Source of the DNA: Deferrisomatales bacterium
GTDB taxonomy: Bacteria; Desulfobacterota; Deferrisomatia; Deferrisomatales; JACRMM01
Direction: 5' to 3'
DNA: 64,000 nucleotides
Assembly: GCA_033551855.1 (NCBI GenBank)
Contig: JAWSUI010000012.1
Span: 19,440-83,439 of the forward strand
Shown here: positions 19,122 to 27,864 of the stretch, piece after piece
Numbering within the stretch: the first letter of the stretch is position 1
How the letters are laid out: each line of letters opens with the position of its first letter
Notes under the pieces: generated by a model
Seen by the model: only the letters and a program-made list of their open reading frames with translations
Databases searched by the model: none
What the model was told of the DNA's origin: nothing
Translations under genes and position numbers: made by a program

Positions 19122-20498
19122 TCACGACCCCAGCACCTCGCTCACCCTGCCCGTCAGCTCGCCGAAGCGGCGCTCGAAGGACATGCGGTTCCGGCTCGCG
19201 TTGCCTCCGAGGAACACGTGGGTTCCCTTGGCGTCCTCCTGGACCCGGGCCCACACCCTCCGGTGGCTGGCGAGGAACGCCACCACGCACCCCAGGGTGA
19301 TGAGAAACGACCCGGCCCAGATGAGCGGGACACCGGGATCGTAGGCCACCTGGAGCCCCGTGTACCAGACCACGTCCACCTCCTCCAGCCGCACCGTGTA
19401 GTCCCCCAGGCGTCGCATGTTCCCCTGGGCCGCCTGGAAGACCACGATGGACTCGGGGGCCTGCCCCGGCCGCTCCAGGGCAACCTCCACGGCCGGCCCC
19501 ATCCGCCGGAAGTCGCCGGTCAGGTCCCGGAGCAGGAGCCGCTCGCCCTCCTCCAGCTCGACGCGCCCTCCCCGGGCCACGGTCTCGCGGTGCACGAGGA
19601 TGTTGCGGCGGGGCCCGAAGACCGTGAGAACGGCCCACCGGCCCCCTCCCTGGCCGTAGGAGGCCTGGTAGAAGAAGATCCCCTGGTGGATGAGGGGGTC
19701 GTTGACCACGATGGTCTTCTGCACCGTCTCCTCGCCGTCCTCGATCACCACCAGGTCGCTCCGATAGGCCTTGGGCCGTCCGGTGGGCCTGCCCTCGGGA
19801 TCGGTGTAGTACTCCAACTCGAACCTGTCGCAGCGCACGGCGAACCCCAGGTCGTGGAGGCCGCCGCTCCGGAGCTGGATCTGTTCCACGGTGGTACCTT
19901 CGGGGATCTGCACGAACCCCTTGAAACCCCACTGGGCGCCGACGAGCGCCCCCACGGCGAAGAGAAACAGGCTCGCGTGGGTCGCGTAGACCCCCATGCG
20001 GCTCCAGGCCTGCTTGGAGGCGAAGAGGTAGATCTTTCCGTCCACCTCCTTGCGCTCCACCTTGCCGACCCGCTCGGCCAACACCTGGGAAACCGCCTCC
20101 GCGGCCTCCGCCGCGGAGCGGCCCTTGACCCGGTGCTCCCACCGCTCCTGGATCGCCACCGGGCGGCCGTCGAAGACCGGGTCCCGGTCCCGCATCAGAC
20201 GGATGGCTTGGGGCAGGCGCCGGATCGAGCAGACCGTGATGTTCACCAGCAGCAGGAGCAGCAGCAACTGGAACCACCACGAGTGGTACATGTCGCTCAG
20301 GTTCAGGACTTCGATGATCCGGGCCACCGTGGGGCCATACGTCTGCACGTAGACCGCGGGGTCCTTTTCCTGCTGGATCACGGTGCCGAAGATGCTCGTC
20401 ACCGCCAGGGTGATGAGCACCACGATGCTGAGCTTGATCGAGGAAAAGAAGTCCTTCAGTTCCTTGAGCAGCCCCTTCTTGGGCGTTTCCGTTCCCAT
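19122..20498 (-). CDS. resB: Cytochrome c biogenesis protein ResB/CcsB (system II)
   Basis: FSSIKL, GTVIQQ, MYHSWWF, HASL, VNDPL, FYQASY, YTGLQVAYDPG. Confidence 0.92.
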   Translation of the reverse strand: MGTETPKKGLLKELKDFFSSIKLSIVVLITLAVTSIFGTVIQQEKDPAVYVQTYGPTVARIIEVLNLSDMYHSWWFQLLLLLLLVNITVCSIRRLPQAIRLMRDRDPVFDGRPVAIQERWEHRVKGRSAAEAAEAVSQVLAERVGKVERKEVDGKIYLFASKQAWSRMGVYATHASLFLFAVGALVGAQWGFKGFVQIPEGTTVEQIQLRSGGLHDLGFAVRCDRFELEYYTDPEGRPTGRPKAYRSDLVVIEDGEETVQKTIVVNDPLIHQGIFFYQASYGQGGGRWAVLTVFGPRRNILVHRETVARGGRVELEEGERLLLRDLTGDFRRMGPAVEVALERPGQAPESIVVFQAAQGNMRRLGDYTVRLEEVDVVWYTGLQVAYDPGVPLIWAGSFLITLGCVVAFLASHRRVWARVQEDAKGTHVFLGGNASRNRMSFERRFGELTGRVSEVLGS

Positions 20499-20668
20499 GT
20501 CGTTCGTCCTCCGGTGACGCCGGAGGCGCGCCCTCTCCCCCGGACCGGGGTCCGAGGGCAGGCCGCGCTCCGGCGACGGCTTGCGGTCCTGCTCCCTTGT
20601 ATCCTATGGCTTCGACCGGCGGGGCCCCACCTCGGGGCCCTCCGGCTCTCACAGTCCGTGAAGCAACC

Positions 20669-20726
20669 TGGTTCTGTTTCGAGCTGTGTGGGTTTCCACC
20701 GGGCCCCCGGTCTCGGCGACGGACCC
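20669..20726. repeat. Dispersed repeat family D, copy 1 (58 bp)
   Basis: Near-identical reverse complement of 34884-34941. Confidence 0.8.
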
Positions 20727-20793
20727 GTAGGGTGGGCACTGCCACCGCAACCAAGCCCCACGACCGGAAACCGGTGGGCCCTACCCACCCTAC
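20727..20793. repeat. GTAG-family REP doublet (REPIN-like), copy 2
   Basis: Same arms and spacer (CGCAACCA...CACGACCGGAAACC) as 17742-17808. Confidence 0.8.
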
Positions 20794-20865
20794 CTACCGC
20801 CGCCCCTCGGCCAGTCTCGTCGCTCCTTTACGCGCCTGTGCTCGGGTCTGCTCACCACGATTTCT

Positions 20866-22659
20866 TCACAACTCACGGTGGCACTGGAGGCACCGTCCCG
20901 CCTCCCGCCGGGCGGCCGGCTCCCCGTACCCCTCCTCGACCTCTCCGAAGCCGCCCCGACGGACGTCCACGGGCAGCCGGGGCATCTCCTCCCGGACCCG
21001 GGCCGCCGCCGTCTCCCGGTGCCCGGGGAAGGGCCTCCGGAGCCTCCGGTCCGCCAGGCGCTCGGCCGGGAGCTCCTCGGGGGCACACGCGGCATACAGG
21101 GCCAGGGCCGCCCGGCGCCCCTGGAACATCGCCTCCACCGCCGTGGCCGCCCCCAGCACGGCGTCGCCCCCGGCGTAGACCCGCTCCAGCGTGGTCCGCT
21201 GGGTGCGCGCCTCCGCCCAGACCCTCCCGTCCGGGAGCCGGCGAAGGCCTTGGAGCGCCGGGTCGTCGAAGAGGTCTCCGCCCACCCGCTGCCCCAGCGC
21301 CGCCACCAGCGCGTCCACCCCCAGGGTCCAGCCCTCCTCCCCCTCCACCAGGACCGGGGGGGCGTGCCGGGAGCCGCTCCGGGGCCCCGGCCGGGTCCGG
21401 CGGAGCAACAACTCCCCACCGCCCCCTGCCGTGGGGAGGTAACGGTCCGGCGCCGCCTGGAAGTGGAAGCGGACGCCCTCCCGGGCGGCCTCCGCCACCT
21501 CGTCGGCCCGGGCCGGCATCTCCTCCCGGGTCCTCCGGTAGATCAAGTGCACCTCCCCGGCCCCGGTGCGCAGGGCGGTCCGACACACGTCCACGGCGGC
21601 GTCACCCCCCCCGACCACGGCGACCCGCTCCCCGAGCGGGAGGGGGGATCCCCCCTTGGCGCCCCGCAGCACGTCCTGAAAGTCCAGGGCCGCCTCCGCC
21701 CCGGGGATCTGGAGCCCGACGGACCGCTGGGCCCCCACGGCCAGGAAGAGGGCACGGTGCTCCTCGAGGAGCTCCCCGATCCCCCTGCCGCCGGGGCCGA
21801 TCCGGCACCCGGTCCGGATGTCGATCCCCCGCGCCCGCAGGGCCTCGAGCTCCCCCTCGAGGACCCTGCCCGGCAACCGGTACTCGGGGATCGACCAGGC
21901 CAGCCGCCCCCCGGGTCTCTCGTCCGCCTCGTACACCGTCACCGAGGCCCCGAGGACGCTCAGATAGTAGGCGCACGACAAGCCGGCCGGCCCCGAGCCC
22001 ACGATCCCGACGCTGGGGCCCGCCCCCCCCCTCCCGCCCCGTCCCCCGTGGGAATCCAGCGGCGGCCCCCGTTGCCCGTCCGCCAGGAACCGCTTGCAGC
22101 CGTTGATGGAGATCGGCTGGCCGTCGATCCCTCGGAGGCAGCGCTCCTCGCAGGGCTGGTGGCAGATGCGGCCGATCACCCCGACGAGGGGGATCCGCGT
22201 CTGGATGAGCGCGTACCCCTGCTCGTCCTCACCTTCGCGGGCGAGCTCGAGGTAGTCCGGGACGTCCACGCCCGCGGGGCAGGCGGCCCGGCACGGTGCC
22301 ACGGGCTCCGTCGGCCCCCGAAAGGCGTCCAGAGCCGCAAGGGCCGCCACGAAGAGCACGGCTGCGACCGCGAAGACGTGCCCGTGGCCGAGGGGGGTCG
22401 CGACCACCGCCGCCAGGGCCAGGACGAGGAGCGGGAGGGCCGCCAGCAGGGCCCCGGTGAGGGGCCGGCGCCGATACCACTGCCCCAACCCGGGCAGGAA
22501 GGCCGAGAGGAGCGCCGCCCGGCGACGGGCCCCCGCCCCGTCCGCGATCTCCCGGAGGAGGCGGTCCCGGCCCCGCAGCCTGCCTCGGCAGGTGCGGCAC
22601 CGGGGGGCCTCAGCCTTATTTTCGACGCGGCACAGGCCGCAGTCCCAGTGCTGCTCCAT
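20866..22659 (-). CDS. GltD/SudA-like FAD-FeS NAD(P)H oxidoreductase with N-terminal zinc finger and TM segment
   Basis: APCRAACP, GRICHQPCEERC, GSGPAG, GGGDAA, YRR, AGGD, EAGRCLQC; N-terminal WxCxxC...CxxC and hydrophobic helices. Confidence 0.85.
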   Translation of the reverse strand: MEQHWDCGLCRVENKAEAPRCRTCRGRLRGRDRLLREIADGAGARRRAALLSAFLPGLGQWYRRRPLTGALLAALPLLVLALAAVVATPLGHGHVFAVAAVLFVAALAALDAFRGPTEPVAPCRAACPAGVDVPDYLELAREGEDEQGYALIQTRIPLVGVIGRICHQPCEERCLRGIDGQPISINGCKRFLADGQRGPPLDSHGGRGGRGGAGPSVGIVGSGPAGLSCAYYLSVLGASVTVYEADERPGGRLAWSIPEYRLPGRVLEGELEALRARGIDIRTGCRIGPGGRGIGELLEEHRALFLAVGAQRSVGLQIPGAEAALDFQDVLRGAKGGSPLPLGERVAVVGGGDAAVDVCRTALRTGAGEVHLIYRRTREEMPARADEVAEAAREGVRFHFQAAPDRYLPTAGGGGELLLRRTRPGPRSGSRHAPPVLVEGEEGWTLGVDALVAALGQRVGGDLFDDPALQGLRRLPDGRVWAEARTQRTTLERVYAGGDAVLGAATAVEAMFQGRRAALALYAACAPEELPAERLADRRLRRPFPGHRETAAARVREEMPRLPVDVRRGGFGEVEEGYGEPAARREAGRCLQCHREL

Positions 22660-22757
22660 GGGCTTCCGAACCGTCCAGGGGGGCGGGCACGGGTGTCCCG
22701 AGCACCCCGCGACCCCCGCCATCCTACCCCGCGGGGTGGCCGTACATCATCGGAAAC

Positions 22758-23543
22758 TCAGTACTTTTCCACATAGGCGTACGCGTTGTGGTTGTGGATG
22801 CTTTCGAAGTTCTCCGCCTCCACCGAGAACCACGTCACGTTGGGATCCTTGAGGAGCATCTGGGCGACGTCGCGCACGATGTCCTCGACGAACTTCGGGT
22901 TGTTGTAGGCCTTCTCCGTGACGTACTTCTCGTCCGAGCGCTTCAGCAGGCTGTACACCTCGGCCGAGGCGCGACCCTCCACCATGCGCACCAGGTCCTC
23001 GATCCAGACGAACTCGGAGAACCGCACGTTCACGGTCACCTCCGAGCGCTGGTTATGCGCCCCCGCGGCGCTGATCGCCTTCGAGCAGGGGCAGACGCTG
23101 GTGACCGGCACCTTCACCTGCACGAGCAGGTCGTACTCTCCCTCCCGGATCGAGCCCTTCAGGGAGCATTGGTAGGACATGATCGACGTCTCGCGGCTCA
23201 CCGGGGCACGCTTCTCCATGAAGTAGGGGAAGCAGATCTCCAGGTGGGCCGACACGGCGTCGAGCTTCTCGCGGATCTTCTCCAGGATCTGGGGGAGGCT
23301 GCGCACGGTGATGCCGTGCCGGTACTCGTTGAGCACCTCCACGAAGCGGCTCATGTGGGTGCCCTTGAAGTGGTGCGGCAGGCTCACGTACATGTTCACC
23401 CGGGCGACCGTGTGCTGCTCCCCGTGGGTCTTGTCGAGCACGGTCACCGGGTACGTGATGTTCTTGACCCCCACCTTGTCGATGGCGATCCGGCGATGGT
23501 CCCGGGAGTTCTGGAGGTCCTCGAGGGGCATGGGGTGCCGCAT
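22758..23543 (-). CDS. folE2: GTP cyclohydrolase IB
   Basis: IDKVGVK, KGTHMSRF, VCPCSK, AHNQRS, FVED, ESIHNH. Confidence 0.95.
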   Translation of the reverse strand: MRHPMPLEDLQNSRDHRRIAIDKVGVKNITYPVTVLDKTHGEQHTVARVNMYVSLPHHFKGTHMSRFVEVLNEYRHGITVRSLPQILEKIREKLDAVSAHLEICFPYFMEKRAPVSRETSIMSYQCSLKGSIREGEYDLLVQVKVPVTSVCPCSKAISAAGAHNQRSEVTVNVRFSEFVWIEDLVRMVEGRASAEVYSLLKRSDEKYVTEKAYNNPKFVEDIVRDVAQMLLKDPNVTWFSVEAENFESIHNHNAYAYVEKY

Positions 23544-23914
23544 CACCCGCGCAGGTAGCTCGCGCTTGCCTTGTCGCTCTCCCAGGCGGTGACCCGGTGC
23601 ACCCACAGGCCTTCGCGCTCGATGAGGCGGGTGAGCTCCTCGAAGATGAACCGGGCGATGATCTCGGACGAGGGGTTCTGGTCCCGGAAGGCCGGGTGCT
23701 CGTTCAGGTAGCCGTGGTCGAGCGTGTCGAGGACCTTGGCGGTGGCTCCCTTGAGCTCCTGGAAGTCGATGGCCAGGCCGGTGTCGTCGAGGCGGTCGGC
23801 CCGGACCACGACCTCCACCTTCCAGTTGTGCCCGTGGAGGGCCTCGCACTGCCCCTTGTAACCACGCAGGTTGTGGGCTGCCGCAAACGAATCTTCGATC
23901 TTCAGCTCGTACAT
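23543..23914 (-). CDS. queD: 6-carboxytetrahydropterin synthase
   Basis: FAAAH, CEALHGHN, LDHGYLN, NPSSE, WES. Confidence 0.93.
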   Translation of the reverse strand: MYELKIEDSFAAAHNLRGYKGQCEALHGHNWKVEVVVRADRLDDTGLAIDFQELKGATAKVLDTLDHGYLNEHPAFRDQNPSSEIIARFIFEELTRLIEREGLWVHRVTAWESDKASASYLRG

Positions 23915-24072
23915 GTGCGCCGCGCTTCTCGTGCCGAGAGGAACAAGACGCGCAGGGTATCATCGGCCCTGGATGCTTTCCAAGTATTTTCCCCGGCACG
24001 TCCCGTGACGCGTGACGGGTTGCATGCTCCGGGTTTCCGGTACGTCCCCCGTTCGTCCTCCGTCTTCATGCT

Positions 24073-24121
24073 CCGTTTCCCGTCTGCCGTCTTCCGATGT
24101 CTGTCTTCGGTCCTCAGCCCG
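24073..24121. repeat. Degenerate heptamer tandem repeat (CCGTCTT-type)
   Basis: ccgtttc ccgtctg ccgtctt ccgatgt ctgtctt cggtcct; reverse complement resembles 4054-4102. Confidence 0.6.
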
Positions 24122-24143
24122 TGCCCGCTTCCCGGGTCGCGGG

Positions 24144-25544
24144 TCAGTTGGCGCCCACCAGCAGCACCTGGACGTCCATGACGTTGGTCCGGGTGGGCCC
24201 TGTGAGCAGGAGGTCCCCCAGGGCGGCGAAGAGGGGGTAGCTGTCGTTCCCCTCCAGGTGCCGCCGGGGCTCGAGACCCAGCGCACGGGCCCGGGCTGCG
24301 GTGGCCTCGTCGCACACCGCGCCTGCGGCATCGGTGGGCCCATCGGTCCCATCGGTACCTCCGGAGAGACCGACGATCCCCGGGCAGCCCGCGAGCTCGA
24401 GGGCCAGGGCCAGGGCCAACTCCTGGTTCCTGCCCCCCTTTCCTTTCCCTCGCAGGGTCACCGTGGTCTCCCCTCCGGCGAGGAGGCACGCCGGGGGGGA
24501 GACCGGCTCCCCGGAGGCCCGGCTCTCCACGGCGATCGCGGCGAGAAACCGGGCGGCCTCCCGGGCCTCGCCCTGGAGCCGGGAGCTCAGGATCAGCGGC
24601 CGGTAGCCCAGCTCCCGGGCCTTGACGGCCGCCGCCTCGAGGCTGAGGCGGTTGGACCCGACCACGGCGTGCACCACCGCACCCAGGGCGGGATCCCCGG
24701 GCTTGGGGGTCTCGGCAAGCTCGCCCCGCTCCCCGGCCTCCAGGGCTCGGAGCACCGCAGGGGGCACCCGGGGGGTCAGGCGGTACCGTTCCAGGATCCC
24801 GCGGGCCTCCGAGAAGGTGCTGGGATCCGCCGTGAAAGGCCCGGAGGCGATGACGTCGAGGCGGTCCCCCACGACGTCGGAGAGCACGAGGTTCACGACC
24901 CGTGCCGGCTGGGCTGCGGCCGCCAGCCGGCCGCCCTTGACCTGGGAGAGGTGCTTCCGCAGCGCGTTGATCTGGCCGATGTCGGCCCCGCTCGCGAGCA
25001 GCAGGTCCGTCAGGGCACGCAGATCGTCGAGGCTCACCCCGGGCGCGGGCAGCGTCAGCAGGGCGGACCCCCCGCCGGAGAGGACCGAGAGGACCAGATC
25101 CCCTTCGCCCGCGCCCCTCACCAGGTCCAGGATCTGCTCCGCCGCGCGGACCCCCCGCTCGTCCGGCATCGGGTGGGCGGCCTCGAGAACCCGGACCCTC
25201 TCGAGGGGTGAGCCGTGCCCGTCCTTCACGCACACGACCCCGCCCCACACCTGCCCCTCCAGGATCTCCTCCACCGCCCGGGCCATGGGAGCCGCCCCCT
25301 TGCCCGCACCCACGACGATGACCCTCCCCCGCCCGGGCCGGGGCAGGGGCACGAAGACCTCGCCCGCCCCGGCGCGCACGGCCAGGCGGTCCCCGTCTCG
25401 GCGCAGGTGGGCGTGCACCGCCCGCCGCGGGTCCGCCGCATCGACCGCTGCGTGGAACACGGCGACCGCGTGCTCCCGGAGGTTCAGCCCTCCGGGATGG
25501 GGTTCACCACCACGCCCCCCTCTGCGATCTTGCGTTCGATCCAT
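24144..25544 (-). CDS. Glycerate 2-kinase (DUF4147/MOFRL)
   Basis: GAGKG, SGGGSAL, KGGRL, SDVVGD, GGETTV, GGRNQE, TDGTDG, TNVMD. Confidence 0.92.
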   Translation of the reverse strand: MDRTQDRRGGRGGEPHPGGLNLREHAVAVFHAAVDAADPRRAVHAHLRRDGDRLAVRAGAGEVFVPLPRPGRGRVIVVGAGKGAAPMARAVEEILEGQVWGGVVCVKDGHGSPLERVRVLEAAHPMPDERGVRAAEQILDLVRGAGEGDLVLSVLSGGGSALLTLPAPGVSLDDLRALTDLLLASGADIGQINALRKHLSQVKGGRLAAAAQPARVVNLVLSDVVGDRLDVIASGPFTADPSTFSEARGILERYRLTPRVPPAVLRALEAGERGELAETPKPGDPALGAVVHAVVGSNRLSLEAAAVKARELGYRPLILSSRLQGEAREAARFLAAIAVESRASGEPVSPPACLLAGGETTVTLRGKGKGGRNQELALALALELAGCPGIVGLSGGTDGTDGPTDAAGAVCDEATAARARALGLEPRRHLEGNDSYPLFAALGDLLLTGPTRTNVMDVQVLLVGAN

Positions 25545-26116
25545 TGCTCGAGCTCCCGTTGGAATGCGCTCTCCGCCAGGCGGGCCCTCACCTCGTCCCG
25601 GACCTCGTCCAGCGGCCTCCCGCCGAAATCCTCGGCCTCCGTCGCGTAGGCCGCCCGGACGTCCCGCTCGGGAACAAAGGTCATCTCTCGCCGGAAGGAA
25701 AGAAACTGCTCCGCGACCAATTGGCGCCGCACCCGCTCCGCCACCTGCGCCCGGCCCACACCGTATCGGGCCAGGCTCTCCCACTCCGCCTCCCCCCACG
25801 CCGCGACCAAGACGGCAGCCTGGTGGGCCGCGCTCTCTGCATCGACGGTGAGGCGCAGCCTCTCGGCCTCCGCATAGAGCAGCTCGCGGCGCAACAGCTC
25901 ATCTCGGACCCGAAGCGCGGAGGGCTGCGCCTCGGCCCCCTTCTCCACCCGCTGGACCTCCGCCTCCTGGAGCACATGGCTCCAGGTGATCACCCGGCTT
26001 CCCACCCGGACGGCGATAAAGTCGAGCAACTGGGCGGCCGAGGGGGCCACTCCCCAGCCCAGGAGGACGAGGAGGGCCGCGATCGTCCGCCCCACGGCGC
26101 AGCCGTGCCCCCTCAC
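25484..26116 (-). CDS. Exported SurA N-terminal domain-like chaperone
   Basis: Signal peptide then LLDFIAVRVGSRVIT; helical body; start overlaps the mltG stop. Confidence 0.6.
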   Translation of the reverse strand: MRGHGCAVGRTIAALLVLLGWGVAPSAAQLLDFIAVRVGSRVITWSHVLQEAEVQRVEKGAEAQPSALRVRDELLRRELLYAEAERLRLTVDAESAAHQAAVLVAAWGEAEWESLARYGVGRAQVAERVRRQLVAEQFLSFRREMTFVPERDVRAAYATEAEDFGGRPLDEVRDEVRARLAESAFQRELEQWIERKIAEGGVVVNPIPEG

Positions 26117-27117
26117 CGCCCCCCTCCCCCCCCCTGATGCCGGAGCACGTGCTGCCGGTGCTCGTCGTAGGTGATGGAAAACACGTGGGTCCCGTCGTTG
26201 CGGCTCACGAAGAAGAGGAACGGCACCGGGGCCGGCCGGAGGGCGGCCTCGAGGCTGGCTCGGCCCGGGCTGGCGATGGGGCCCGGCGGAAGCCCCGGGC
26301 GCGTGTACGTGTTGTAGGGGGTGTCGGTCTGCAGGTGAACCCGGCGGAGCCGCCCCTCGAGCCCCTCGACCCCGTAGATCACCGTGGGGTCGCTCTGGAG
26401 CCGCATCCCGCGAGTCAGGCGGTTGTGGAAGACGGCGGACACCAGGCTCCGCTCTTCCGGCGCACCGGTCTCCTTCTCCACGATGGAGGCCAGGGTCACC
26501 CAGGCGCCCAGGTCCAGCCCCGCGGCCTCGGCCTCCGCCGTCAGGGGTGCCGTCACCTCCCGGAACCGGAGGATGAGGGCCTCCGCCACCGTCTCGGGCT
26601 CGAGCCCCCGGGCGAACCGGTAGGTGTCGGGGAAGAGGTACCCCTCGAGAGTGGGCCCCGGAAGGCCCCAGCGGGCCGGCGCCTCGGGGTCCCGCGCCAG
26701 GCGCAGGAAGGGCTCCGCCTCCAGGATGCCGGCACTCTCCAGGGCCGCCGCGATCTCCCTCAGGTTGGACCCCTCGGGGAGGGTGACCGCCACCAGCTCC
26801 ACCCGCCCTGCCTCCAGGTCGGCGAACACGTCGACGAGCCGCACCGGGGCCGCGAAGGAGTAAGTGCCGGCCTTGAGGCGGTCGGGCCGCCCCCAGACCC
26901 GGAGCCCCAACCGGGTTCCCTGCTCCCAGGACCCCAGCCCGGCCTCCGTGAGGAGCCGCGCCACCGTTCCCCCCCCGGCCCCGGCGGGGATCTCCACCCG
27001 CACGGTCCCCGCGCCCACGGGAGTGTGCACGTACTGGGCCAGGCGCAGCGGGGCCAGCACCGCCAGGACGAGGAGCGCCCAGGCGGTCATCCAAGCGCCC
27101 CGGGCAAGAATCGACAT
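26113..27117 (-). CDS. mltG: Endolytic transglycosylase MltG
   Basis: EGYLFPDTY, ASIVEKE, LQSDPT, YNTY, GLPPGPI. Confidence 0.95.
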   Translation of the reverse strand: MSILARGAWMTAWALLVLAVLAPLRLAQYVHTPVGAGTVRVEIPAGAGGGTVARLLTEAGLGSWEQGTRLGLRVWGRPDRLKAGTYSFAAPVRLVDVFADLEAGRVELVAVTLPEGSNLREIAAALESAGILEAEPFLRLARDPEAPARWGLPGPTLEGYLFPDTYRFARGLEPETVAEALILRFREVTAPLTAEAEAAGLDLGAWVTLASIVEKETGAPEERSLVSAVFHNRLTRGMRLQSDPTVIYGVEGLEGRLRRVHLQTDTPYNTYTRPGLPPGPIASPGRASLEAALRPAPVPFLFFVSRNDGTHVFSITYDEHRQHVLRHQGGGGGR

Positions 27118-27864
27118 CTACCGGGTCAGCCAGTTCTTCACGAAGTACCAGGTCGTCGCCCGGTTCAGGTCGGCGATGGCGGTGGTCAAGGGCACCTCCT
27201 TCGGGCACGCCTTCACGCAGTTCTGGGCGTTGCCGCACTCGGTGATCCCCCCGTCACCCATGATCGCTTCCAGGCGCTCCTCCGCCAGGGCCTTCCCGAT
27301 GGGGGAGATGTTGAAGTAGAGGGCCTGGGCCAGGGGAGCGGGGCCCATGAAATTCGCCCGGGCGTTCACCTGGGGGCACGCCTCCATGCAGCACCCGCAG
27401 GTCATGCACCGGCTCAGGCGGTACCCGAACTGCCGGCGCTTTTCCATCAGGCGGGGGCCGGGGCCGAGGTTGTGGGTGCCGTCGACCGGGACCCACCCCT
27501 TGATCCGCTTGAGGCTCTCGAACATGGCGCCGCGGTCCACCATCAGATCCCGCACCAGGGGAAACTTGGACAGGGGCTCGAGGACGATGGGCTCGGTCAG
27601 GTCGTCCACCAGGGCCGTGCAGGCCTGGCGGGCCCGCCCGTTGACCACCATGGAGCAGGCCCCGCACACCTCCTCGAGGCAGTTGCAGTCCCACACCACC
27701 GGGGTGGTGGGCCGGCCCGCCGCGTCCACGGGCTCCCGCTGAAGGTGCTGGAGGCAGGTGATCACGTTCATGTGGGCGACGCGCGGGATCTCGAACTCCT
27801 CCCACTGCGACGCGGCCCCCGGGCCCTCCTGGCGTCGGATGCGCAGCCGCACGGTCCGGCCCAT
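27118..27864 (-). CDS. sdhB: Succinate dehydrogenase/fumarate reductase FeS subunit
   Basis: CLEEVCGAC, CMTCGCCMEACP, CGNAQNCVKACP. Confidence 0.95.
   Translation of the reverse strand: MGRTVRLRIRRQEGPGAASQWEEFEIPRVAHMNVITCLQHLQREPVDAAGRPTTPVVWDCNCLEEVCGACSMVVNGRARQACTALVDDLTEPIVLEPLSKFPLVRDLMVDRGAMFESLKRIKGWVPVDGTHNLGPGPRLMEKRRQFGYRLSRCMTCGCCMEACPQVNARANFMGPAPLAQALYFNISPIGKALAEERLEAIMGDGGITECGNAQNCVKACPKEVPLTTAIADLNRATTWYFVKNWLTR

Noticed and set aside
23915..24140. preQ1 riboswitch upstream of queD-folE2
   Set aside because: No recognisable preQ1 stem-loop with A-rich tail; the region is mostly heptamer repeats. An Rfam scan would settle it
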